Source: the human T2T-CHM13v2.0 reference genome, Homo sapiens. Taken from it: a stretch of DNA of 64,000 bases. Each line of letters starts with the position of its first letter. Position 1 is the stretch's first letter. Where the stretch lies: positions 6,432,001 to 6,496,000 of the forward strand of contig CP068257.2 in assembly GCA_009914755.4 (NCBI GenBank), read 5' to 3'. Below the pieces are notes generated by a model. The model saw only the letters and a program-made list of their open reading frames with translations, did no database searches and was not told the origin of the DNA. This document shows, piece by piece, positions 15,301-28,160 of the stretch. Position numbers and translations under genes: made by a program.

Positions 15301-17425
15301 GGAATGGAATGGAATGGAATGGAATGAAATGGAAAGGAATGGAATGGAATGGAATGGAATGGAATGGAACTGAATCAACCCGAGTGGAATGGAATGTAAT
15401 GAAATGGAATGAAATGAAATGTAATGTAATGGAATGGAATGGAATGGAATGGAATGGAATGGAATGGGACGGAATAGATTGGAAATGAATCAACACCAGT
15501 GGAATGGAATGGAATGGAATGGAATGGAATGGAATGGATTGGAGTGGAATGGAATAGAATGCAATTGAATCAACACGAGTACAATGGAATGGAAATGAAT
15601 GGAATGGAATGGAAAGGAATGGAATGGAATGGAATGCAATGGAATAGAATGGAATGGAATGGAGTGGAATTGAAACAAACCGAGTGGAACGGAATTGAAT
15701 TGAATGGAATAGGGTGGAACTGAATCATACGGATGGGAATGGAATGGAATGGAATGGAGTGGAATGGAATGGAATGGAATGGAATGGAGTGGAATGGAAT
15801 GGAATGGAATGGAATGGAATAGAATGGAATGGAATGGAAGAGAAAGGAATTGAATCAACCAGAGTGGAATGGAATGTAGTGGAATGCAATGGAATGGAAT
15901 GGAAAGGAATGGAATGGAGTGGAGTAGATGATTGGATTTGGAACAAACCGAGTGGAACACAATGAAACGGAATGGAATAGAATTGAATTGAAAAAAACCG
16001 AATGGAATGGAATGCAATGGAATGGAATAGAATGGAATAGAATAGAATGGAAATGAATCAACCCATGTGGAATGGAATGGAATGGATTGGAATGAAATGG
16101 AATGGAATGGAATGGTTTGGAATAGAATGTAATAGAATTCAGTTGAATCAACACGATTGGAATGGAATGGAATGGAATGGATCAGAATGCAATTGAATCA
16201 ACCAGAGAGGAATGGAATGGAATGGAATGCAATGGAATGGAATGAAACGGAATGAATCAACACGAGTGGAATGGAATGGAATGGAATGGAATGGAATGGA
16301 ATGGAATAGGATAGAATGGAAATGAATCAACCCATGTGGAATCGAATGGAATGGATTGGAATGAAATGGAATGGAATTGAATGGATTGGAGTAGAATGTA
16401 ATAGAATTCAGTTGAATCAACACGATTGGAATGGAAAGGAATGGAATGGAATGGAATGGATCAGAATGCAATTTAATCAAACTGAGAGGAATGGAATGGA
16501 ATGCAATTAAATGGAATGGAATGGAATGGAATGGAAGTGAAAGGAATGGAGTGAAGTGCAATAGAATAGAATTGAATCAACGTAGGGGAATGGAATGGAA
16601 TGGAATGGAAAGGAATGGAATGGATTCGAATGGAATGGAATGGAATGGAATTATATGCAATAGAATGGAATGGAATGGAATGAAAACGAATTTAATGGAA
16701 TGGAATGGAAAGGAATCTAATAGAATTGAATTGAATCAACCCCAGTGGAGAGGAATGGTATTTAATGGAATGGAATGGAATGGAATGGAATGAAATGGAA
16801 TGGAGTAGTATGGAATTGAATCAACCCGAGTGGAATGGAATGGAATTGAATGGAATGGAATTGAATGGAGTAGAGTGGAATTGAAACAAACCGAGTGGAA
16901 CGGAATTGAAAGGAATGGAATAGAATGGAATTGAAACAAGCCGAGTGGAATGGAATGGAACGGAATGGAATGGAATGCAATAGCATGGAATGGAATGGAA
17001 TGGAATATAATGGAATGGAATGGAATAGAAAGGCATTGAATTAACCCGAGTGGAATGGAATGGAATGGAATGGAACGGAATGGAATGGAATGGAATAGAA
17101 TGGAGTAGAATGGAATTGAAACAAACCGAGTGGAACGGAATTGAATGGAATGGAATAGAATTGAATTGAATCAAATCGAGTGGAATGGAATGAAATGGAA
17201 TGGAATGGAATGGAATGGAATGGAATAGAATGGAATGGAATGGAATGGAATGAAATAGAATGGAATGGAGTCAACACATGTGGAATGGAATGGAATGGAA
17301 TGCTTTGGAATTCAATGGATTTGAGTGGAATGAAATAGAATGCAGTTGAATCAACACGAGCAGAATGAAATGGAATGGAATGGTATGGAATGGAAGAGAA
17401 TGCAAATGAATCAACCTGAGTGGAA
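12385..17425. repeat. Tandem duplication, 2 copies of a 2511-bp HSat3 higher-order unit (12385-14896, 14896-17407 plus ~20 bp), near 100% identity
   Basis: Every ORF-track translation in the first copy recurs with a constant offset of exactly 2511 bp (e.g. 12979..13506 = 15490..16017; 13637..14050 = 16148..16561; 14530..14766 = 17041..17277). Sequence lines were compared directly. Unit ends +/-20 bp. Confidence 0.9.
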
Positions 17426-20400
17426 TGGAATGGAATGGAATGGAATGGAATGGAATGGAAGAGAATGGAATGGAATAGAATGGAATTGAATCAAACTGAG
17501 TGGAATGGAACGGAATGGAATGGAAAGGAATGGAATGGAAAGGAATGGAATGGAATGGAACAGAATGAAATAGAATGGAATAGAATCAACCCAACTGGAA
17601 TGGAATGGAATGGAATGGAATGGAATGGAATGGAATAGAAGGAAATGGAATGGAATGGAATGGAATGGATTGGAAAGGAATGGAACGGAATGGAATTGAA
17701 TGGAATACAATAGAATGAAATGAAATCCCCTCGAGTGGAATGGAATGGTATGGAATGGAGTGAAATGCAATAGAAAGGATTTGAACAAACACGAGTGGAG
17801 TGGAGTTTAATGGAGTGGAATGGAATGGAATGGAGTGGAATTCGGTCAACCCGAGTGTAATGGAATGCAATTGATTACCCGAGTGGAATGGAATGGAATG
17901 GAATGGAATGGAATGGAATGGAATAGAATGGAAATTATTCAACCAGTGTGGAATGGAATGGAAAGAAATGGAATGGAATGGAGTGCAGTGGAATGGAATA
18001 GAATGGAATTGAATCAAACCGAGTGGAACGAAATGGATTGGAATGGAATGGAATGGAATGGAATGGAATGGAATGGAATGGAATCAACACGAGTGGAATG
18101 GAATGGAATGACAGGGAATGGAATGGAATGGAGTGGATTGGAATGGAATAGAATTGAACTGATTTAACCTGAGTTGAATGGAACGGAATGGTATGCAATG
18201 GAATAGAATGCAATGGAATGAAATGGTATGGAATGGAAGAGAATGGAATTGAACCAACACGAGTGGAATGGAATGGAATGGATTGGAATGGAATAGAATG
18301 GAATTGAATCAACACGAGTGGAATGGATTGGAATGGAATGGAATAGAATGGAATGGAATGGAAAGAAATCAACCAGAGTGGTATGGAATGGAATGGAATG
18401 GAATGGAATGGAATGGAATCAACCCGAGTGGAATGCAATGGAATGGAATGGAATGGAATGGAATGGAATAGAATGAAATAAAATTGAATTGAATCAACCC
18501 GAGTGGAATGGGATGGAAAGGAATGGAATGGAAAGGAATCAACCAGAGTGGAATGGAATGCAATAGAATGGAATGGAATGGAGTAGAAAGGAATTGAATC
18601 AACCCGAGTGGGAAGGAATGGAATGGAATGGAATGGAATGGAATGGAATGGAATGGAATGGTATGGAATCAACGCTTGTGGAATGGAAATGAAAAGGAAT
18701 GGAATGGAATGGAGTAGAAAGGAATTGAATCAACCAGAGTGGAATGGAATGGAATGCAATGGAATGGAATGGAATGGATTCACCCCAAGTGGAATGGAAT
18801 TGAATGGAGTGGAAATGAATGGAATTTAAAGGAATTCAATAGAATTGAATTGAATCAACCCATGTGGAATGGAATGGAGTGGAAAGGAATGTAATGTTAT
18901 TGAATGGAGTGGAATGGAATAGAAAGTTATTGAATCAACCTGAGTGGAAAGGAATGGAATGGAATGGAATGGAATAATATGGAATTGAAACAACTGGACT
19001 GGAACGGAAAGGAAGGGAATGGAACTGAACGGAACGGAATGGAATGGAATGGAATGGAAGAGAGAGGATTTTATCAACCAGAGTGGAAGGGAATGGAATG
19101 AAATCCAATGGAATGGACTGGAATCAAACCGAGTGGAATGGAATGGAAAGGAACGGAATGGAATGGAAAGGAATGGAATGGCATCGAATGGAATGGAATA
19201 GAAAGGAATTGATTCAACCAGAGTGGAGTGGAATGGAATGGAATGGAATGGAATAGAGTGGAATGGAATGGAATGGAATGGAATAGAATGGAATAGAATG
19301 GAATGGAATAGAATGGAGTTTAATCAACCCGAGTGGAATGGAATGGACCGGAATTGAATTGAACAGATTGGAATGAAATGGAATTGAATAGAATGGAATT
19401 GAATCAAACCACGTGGAATGGAATCGAATGAAATGGAATGGATTGGTATGGAACAGAAGGGAGTGGAGTGGAATAGAGTGGAATTGAATCAACCAGAGTG
19501 GAGTGGAATGGAATGGAATGGAATGGAATAGAATGGAATGTGATAGAATGGATTTGAATCAGTCATAGTGGATTGGAATGGAATGGAAATGAATGGAATA
19601 GAATGGAATGGAATGGAATGGAATTTAATAAATGGAATTGAATCAAACCGAGTAGAATGGAATGGAATGGAATGGAATGGAATGGAAGGGAATGGAATGG
19701 AATGGAATGGAGTGGAATGCAATGGAATGGAATGGAATGGGAGAGAATGGAATTGAATCACCCCGAGTGGAATGGAATGGAATGGAATGGAATGGAATGG
19801 AATGGAATGGAATGGAGTAGTACGGAATTGAATCAACCCGAGTGGAATGTAATGGAATGGAATGGAACGGAACGGAATGGAATGGAATGGAATGGAATGG
19901 AATGCAATTTAATGGAATCAACCCGAGTGGAGTGGAATGGGTTGCAATAGAATGGAATGGAATGGAATGGAATGGAATAGAATAGAATTGAATCAACCCA
20001 AGTGGAGTGGAAGGGAATGGAATGGAATGGATTGGAATTCAATGGAATGGAATGGAATGGAATAGAATGGAATTGAATCAACTGGAGTGGAATAGAATGG
20101 AATGGAATGGAATATGATATAATGGAATGGAATCAACCCGAGTGGAATGGAATGAAAGGAATTGAATGGAATTGAAGGGAATGGAATGGAATTGAATACA
20201 ATGGAATTGAATGAAGCCGAGTGGAATGGAATGGAATGGAATGGAATAGAGTGAGTCTGAATCAATCCGATTGGATTGGAAAGGAATGGAATAGAAGGGA
20301 ATGGAATAGCATGGAATTGATTTAACCCGAGTGGAATGGAATGGATTGGAATGGAATGGAATGGAATGGAATGGAAAGGATTCCACCCGAGTGGAATGGA

Positions 20401-22519
20401 ATGGAGTGGAACGGAATGGAATGGAATGAACGAGAGATGAATGGAATGGAATAGAATGGAATAGAATAGAATAGAACAACAAAAGTGGAATGGAATGGAA
20501 TGAAATGGAATGGAATGGAATCAACCCGAGTGGAATGGAACGGAACGGAATGGAATGGAATGAAATGGAATCGAATGGAATGGAATCAACCCGAGTGGAA
20601 TGGAATGGAATCAACGCATGTGCAACGGAATGGAATGGAATGGAATGGAATGGAATCAACCCGAGTGGAATGTAATGGAATGTAATGGAATAGAATGGAA
20701 TGGAAGGAAATGGTATTGAATGAAATCAAACCGAGTGGAATGGAAGGAAAAGGAATGGAATGGAATGGAATAGAATGGAATTCAGTCAACCCGAGTGGAA
20801 TGGAATCGAATGAAATGGAATGGAATGGAAAGGAATCAACCCGAGTGAAATGCAATGGAATGGAATTGAACGGAATTGAATCAAACCGAGAGGAGTGTAA
20901 TGGAATGCAATGGAATGGAATCGAAAGGAATGGAATAGAATGGAATTGAATCAAACCAAGTGGAGTGGAATAGAATGGAATAGAATGGATTGGAATAGAA
21001 AAGATTGGAATGGAATGGAATGGAATGGAATGTAAAGGAATGGGATTGAATAAGCCGAAGTGGAATAGAATGGAATGGAATGGAATGGAATGGAATGAAA
21101 TATAAAGGAATTGAATCAACCCGAGTGGAACCGAATGGAATGGAAAGGAAAGGAATGGAATGGAATGGAATGGAGTGGAATGGAACAGAATGGAATGGAA
21201 TCAACCAGAGTGGAATGGAGTGGAATGGAATCAATAGAATGGAGTGGAATGGTAGGAATGCAATAGAATGGAATGGAATCAACTCGACTGGAATATAAAG
21301 GAATTGAGTGGAATGCAATAGAATGGAATGGAATCCACTCGAGTGGAGTGGAATGGTATGGAATGGAGTGAAATGCTTTAGAACGGATTTGAATCAACCC
21401 GAGTGGAGTGGAGTGGAATGGAATGGAATGGTATGGAATGGAAGGGATAGAATGGAATGGAATTGAATCGACCCAAGTGGAATGGAATAGAATGGAATGG
21501 AATGGATAGAAATGGAATGGAGTGTAATAGAATGGAATGGAATGGAATGCAATGGAATTCAAAAGAATGGAATTGAATCAACCCGTGTGGAATGGAATGG
21601 AATGGAATGGAATGGAATGGAATGGAATGGAATGGAGTGGAGTGGAATGGAATAGAAATTTATTGAATCAACCCAATTGGAATGGAATGGAATAGAGTGG
21701 AATTGAATCAACCACAGTGGAAAGGAATGCAATGGAATGGAATGGAATGGAATGGAATGGAATGGAATGGAATGGCATTGAATGAAATGGAATGGAATCG
21801 ATTGGAATGGAATGGAATCAACATCAGTGGAATGGAATGCAAAAGAATGGAATCGAACAGAATGCAATCAACACGAGTGGAATGGAATGGAATGGGATGG
21901 AGTGGAATGTAATACAATTGAACGGAATGGAAAGGAATAGAATGAAATGGAATGGAATGGAATAAAATGGAATGGAATGGAATGGAATTTAATCAAACCG
22001 AGTGTAATGGAAAGGAAGGGAATGGAATGGAATGGAATGGAATGCAAAGGAATGGAATGGAATGGAATTATACCGAGTGGAAATGATTGGAATGGAATGC
22101 AATAGAATAGAATGGAATGGAGTGGAATCAACCCGAATGGAATGGAACGGCATGCAATGGAATGAAATCAACCCGAGTGGAATGGAATGGATTGGAATAG
22201 TATGGAATGGAATGAACACGTGTGGAATGGAATGGAATGAAATGGAGTGGAGTGTAATGGAATGGAATGGAAAGGAATCCACACGAGTGGAAGGGAATAG
22301 ATTGGAATGGAGTGGAAGGGAAGGAAATGGAATGGAGTGGATTGGAATGGAATGAAATGGAATGGAACGGAATGGACTGGATTGGAATCAATCAAAGTGG
22401 AATGGAATGGAAGGGAATGGAATGGAATGGAATGGAAGCAACCAGAGTGGAATGGGATAGAATGGAATGGAATGCAATGGGTTGGAATGGAATGGAATGG
22501 AACGGAATGCAATGGAATG

Positions 22520-25500
22520 GAATTAACCCGAATGGAATGGAATGGAAAGCAATGGAAACGAATAGAATGGAACCAACACGAGTGGAGTGGAATGGAATGG
22601 AATGGAATGGAATGGAATGGAATGGAATGGAATGCATTGGAATTGAACCTACCTGTGTGGAATGGAAGGGAATGGAAAGGAATGGAATATAATGGAAACA
22701 ACACGAGTGGCATGGAATGGAATGGAAAGGAATCTAATGGAACGGAATGGAATGGAATGGAATCAACCAGAGTGGAATGGAAAGGAAGGGAATGGAATGG
22801 AATGGAATGGAACAGAAGCAACCCGATTGGAATGGAAAGGAAGGGATTGGAATGGAATAGAATGGAAAGGAATGGAAAGGAAAGGAATGGAATGGAACGG
22901 AAATAACCCTTGTAATTGAATGGAATGGAATGGAATGGAATCAACGCGAGTGCAATGGAATGGAATGGAATGGAATGGAATGGAATGGAATGGAATGGAA
23001 TGGAAAGGAATCGAATGGAAAGGAATCAACATGAGTGGAATGGAATGGAATGGAATGGAATGGAATGGAATGGACTGGAATGGAAAGGAATGGAATGGAA
23101 TGGAATGGAAACAACACGAGTGGCATGAAATGGAATGGAATGGAATGGAATGGAATCAAACCGAGAGAATTGGAATGGAATGGAATGGCATTGAATGGCA
23201 TGGAACGAATTGGAATGGAATGGATTGGAATGAACCCTATTCGAATTGAATGGAAGGGAAAGGAATGGAGTGGAATGGAATGTCATGGAATGGAAAGGAA
23301 TGTATTGGAATGGAATGGAAATAACCCGAGTGGAATGGAATGGAATGGAAGGCAATGGAATGGAATGGAATGGAAAGGAAAGGAATGGAATGGAATGGAA
23401 CCAAGCCGAGTGGAATATAGTGGAATGGAATGGAATGGAATGGAATGGAATGGAATGGAATGGAATGGAATGGCATGGAATCAAGACGAGTGGAATTGAA
23501 TAGAATGGAATGGTATGGAATGGAATGGAGTAGAATGGAATTGGATCAGCCTGTGTGGAATGTAATTGAATGGAATGGAATGGAATGGAATGGCATCTAC
23601 CCGACTGGAATGCAATGGAATGGAAAGGAATGGAATGGAATGCAATGGAATGGAATTGAATGGAAACAACCCGAGTGGAATGGAAAGGAAAGGAATGGAA
23701 TGGAATGGAATTTAATCAACCCGAGTGGAATGGAATGGAATGGAATAGAAGCAACACCAGTGGAATGGAATGTAACAGAATGAAATGGATTCCAATGGAA
23801 TGGAATCAAACGAGGTGGAATGGAATGGAAGGAAATTGAATGGAATGGAATGGAATAGAAGCAACCCGAGTGGAATGGAATTGAAGGGAATGGAATGGAA
23901 TGGAATGAAATCGAATGGAATGGAATGGAAATAACCTGAGGAGCATTGAATGGAATGGAATGGAATGGAATCAACCCGAGTGGAATGGAATGGAATGGAA
24001 TGGAATGGAATGGAATGGAATGGAATGGAATGGAATTGAATGGAATGGATTGGAATGGAATGGAATTGAATTGAATCAATGCGAGTGGGATGGAATGGAA
24101 TGAAATGGAATCTCTTTGAATGCAATGGAAAGGAATGGAATCAACAAGAGTGTAATGGAATGGAATGGAATGTATTGGAATGGGAGCAACCCGATTTGAA
24201 TGGAATGAAATGGAACGGAATGGAAAAAACCCGAGAGGAAACGAATGGAAAGGAAGGGCATAGAATGGAATGGAATGAAATGGAATGGAATTAAATGGAA
24301 TTTAATAAAAACCGAGCGGAATGGAATGGAAGGGAATGGAATGGAATGGAATGCAATGGAAAGGAATGGAATGGAATGAAATTAACCCCAGTGGAATTCA
24401 ATGGAATGGAATCAGCCCAAGAGGAATGGAATAGAATGGAATGGAAAGGGATCAACCAGAGTGGAATGCAATGTAATGTAATGTAACGTAATGTAATGGA
24501 GTCAAAATGTGTGGAATGGAATGGCATGGAATGGAATAGAGTGGAATGGAATGTAATGGAATGTAATGGAGCGGAATCAAGCAGAATGGAATGGAATGGA
24601 ATGGAATGGAATGGAATGGAATGGAATAGAAGTAACTGGAGTGGAATGGAATGGAAGGGAATAGAATGGAAGGGAAGGGAATAGAATGGAATGGAATGGA
24701 ATGGAATGGAATGGAATTTAACGGAATGGAATACAATGGAATGCAATGGCATGGAATGAACACGATTGGGAAGGAATGCAATGGAATGGGAGGGAATGGA
24801 ATGTAATTGAATCAACCCGAGTGGAATGAAATAGAATGGAAAGGATTGGAATAGAATGTAATCGACCGGAGTGGAGTGGAATGGAATGGAATGGAATGGA
24901 ATGGAAAGGAATACAATGGAATGGGAGCAACCCGAGTGGAATGGAATGAAATGGAATGGAAGGAAATGGAATGGAATGGAATGGAATCCACCCAACTGGA
25001 ATGGAATGGAATGCAATTGAATGGAATGGAATGGAATGGAATGGAACGGAACGGAATGGAATGGAATGGAATGGAATTGAATCAACCCGAGTGGAATGAA
25101 GTTAAATGGAATGGAATGGAAAGGATTGGAATGGAATTCAATCAACCCGAGTGGAGTGGAATGGAATGGAATGGAATGCAATGGAATGGGAGCAACCCGA
25201 GTGGAATGGAATGGAATGAAACGGAATGGAATGGAATCCACCCAACTGGAATGGAATGGAATGGAATGGAATGGAATGGAATGGAATGGAGTGGAATGGA
25301 ATCACACGAGTGGAATGGAATGGAATGGAATGAAATGGAATGGAATTAACCCGAATGGAATGGAATGGAAAGCAATGGAAACGAATAGAATGGAACCAAC
25401 ACGAGTGGAGTGGAATATAATGGAATGGAATGGAATGGAATGGAATGGAATGGAATGCATTGGAATTGAACCTACCTGTGTGGAATGGAAGGGAATGGAA

Positions 25501-28160
25501 AGGAATGGAATATAATGGAAACAACACGAGTGGCATGGAATGGAATGGAAAGGAATCTAATGGAACGGAATGGAATGGAATGGAATCAACCAGAGTGGAA
25601 TGGAAAGGAAGGGAATGGAATGGAATGGAATGGAACAGAAGCAACCCGATTGGAATGGAAAGGAAGGGATTGGAATGGAATAGAATGGAAAGGAATGGAA
25701 AGGAAAGGAATGGAATGGAACGGAAATAACCCTTGTAATTGAATGGAATGGAATGGAATGGAATCAACGCGAGTGCAATGGAATGGAATGGAATGGAATG
25801 GAATGGAATGGAATGGAATGGAAAGGAATCGAATGGAAAGGAATCAACATGAGTGGAATGGAATGGAATGGAATGGAATGGAATGGAATGGACTGGAATG
25901 GAAAGGAATGGAATGGAATGGAATGGAAACAACACGAGTGGCATGAAATGGAATGGAATGGAATGGAATGGAATCAAACCGAGAGAATTGGAATGGAATG
26001 GAATGGCATTGAATGGCATGGAACGAATTGGAATGGAATGGATTGGAATGAACCCTATTCGAATTGAATGGAAGGGAAAGGAATGGAGTGGAATGGAATG
26101 TCATGGAATGGAAAGGAATGTATTGGAATGGAATGGAAATAACCCGAGTGGAATGGAATGGAATGGAAGGCAATGGAATGGAATGGAATGGAAAGGAAAG
26201 GAATGGAATGGAATGGAACCAAGCCGAGTGGAATATAGTGGAATGGAATGGAATGGAATGGAATGGAATGGAATGGAATAGAATGGAATGGCATGGAATC
26301 AAGACGAGTGGAATTGAATAGAATGGAATGGTATGGAATGGAATGGAGTAGAATGGAATTGGATCAGCCTGTGTGGAATGTAATTGAATGGAATGGAATG
26401 GAATGGAATGGCATCTACCCGACTGGAATGCAATGGAATGGAAAGGAATGGAATGGAATGCAATGGAATGGAATTGAATGGAAACAACCCGAGTGGAATG
26501 GAAAGGAAAGGAATGGAATGGAATGGAATTGAATGGAATTTAATCAACCCGAGTGGAATGGAATGGAATGGAATAGAAGCAACACCAGTGGAATGGAATG
26601 TAACAGAATGAAATGGATTCCAATGGAATGGAATCAAACGAGGTGGAATGGAATGGAAGGAAATTGAATGGAATGGAATGGAATAGAAGCAACCCGAGTG
26701 GAATGGAATTGAAGGGAATGGAATGGAATGGAATGAAATCGAATGGAATGGAATGGAAATAACCTGAGGAGCATTGAATGGAATGGAATGGAATGGAATC
26801 AACCCGAGTGGAATGGAATGGAATGGAATGGAATGGAATGGAATGGAATGGAATGGAATGGATTGGAATGGAATGGAATTGAATTGAATCAATGCGAGTG
26901 GGATGGAATGGAATGAAATGGAATCTCTTTGAATGCAATGGAAAGGAATGGAATCAACAAGAGTGTAATGGAATGGAATGGAATGTATTGGAATGGGAGC
27001 AACCCGATTTGAATGGAATGAAATGGAACGGAATGGAAAAAACCCGAGAGGAAACGAATGGAAAGGAAGGGCATAGAATGGAATGGAATGAAATGGAATG
27101 GAATTAAATGGAATTTAATAAAAACCGAGCGGAATGGAATGGAAGGGAATGGAATGGAATGGAATGCAATGGAAAGGAATGGAATGGAATGAAATTAACC
27201 CCAGTGGAATTCAATGGAACGGAATCAGCCCAAGAGGAATGGAATAGAATGGAATGGAAAGGGATCAACCAGAGTGGAATGCAATGTAATGTAATGTAAC
27301 GTAATGTAATGGAGTCAAAATGTGTGGAATGGAATGGCATGGAATGGAATAGAGTGGAATGGAATGTAATGGAATGTAATGGAGCGGAATCAAGCAGAAT
27401 GGAATGGAATGGAATGGAATGGAATGGAATGGAATAGAAGTAACTGGAGTGGAATGGAATGGAAGGGAATAGAATGGAATGGAATGGAATGGAAGGGAAT
27501 AGAATGGAATGGAATGGAATGGAATTTAACGGAATGGAATACAATGGAATGCAATGGCATGGAATGAACACGATTGGGAAGGAATGCAATGGAATGGGAG
27601 GGAATGGAATGTAATTGAATCAACCCGAGTGGAATGGAGTGGAATGAAATAGAATGGAAAGGATTGGAATAGAATGTAATCGACCCGAGTGGAGTGGAAT
27701 GGAATGGAATGGAATGGAATGGAATGGAAAGGAATACAATGGAATGGGAGCAACCCGAGTGGAATGGAATGGAATGGAATGGAAGGAAATGGAATGGAAT
27801 GGAATGGAATCCACCCAACTGGAATGGAATGGAATGCAATTGAATGGAATGGAATGGAATGGAATGGAATGGAACGGAATGGAATGGAATGGAATGGAAT
27901 GGAATTGAATCAACCCGAGTGGAATGAAGTTAAATGGAATGGAATGGAAAGGATTGGAATGGAATTCAATCAACCCGAGTGGAGTGGAATGGAATGGAAT
28001 GGAATGCAATGGAATGGGAGCAACCCGAGTGGAATGGAATGGAATGAAACGGAATGGAATGGAATCCACCCAACTGGAATGGAATGGAATGGAATGGAAT
28101 GGAATGGAGTGGAATGGAATCACACGAGTGGAATGGAATGGAATGGAATGAAATGGAATG
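22520..28160. repeat. Tandem duplication, 2 copies of a ~2.82-kb HSat3 higher-order unit (22520-25340, 25340-28160) with internal ~280-bp sub-repeats
   Basis: Offsets between matching translations are 2823, 2818 and 2813 bp (22662..22919 = 25485..25742; 23026..23484 = 25844..26302; 24079..24294 = 26892..27107). This implies two 5-bp indels. Ends are approximate: copies diverge before ~22520/25340 and after ~28160. Confidence 0.85.

Noticed and set aside
12385-17425. Interpreting exact multi-kb duplications as evidence of selection or function
   Set aside because: Perfect identity in satellite HORs is the expected outcome of recent unequal crossing-over or homogenisation, or of assembly error. 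It carries no functional implication by itself.
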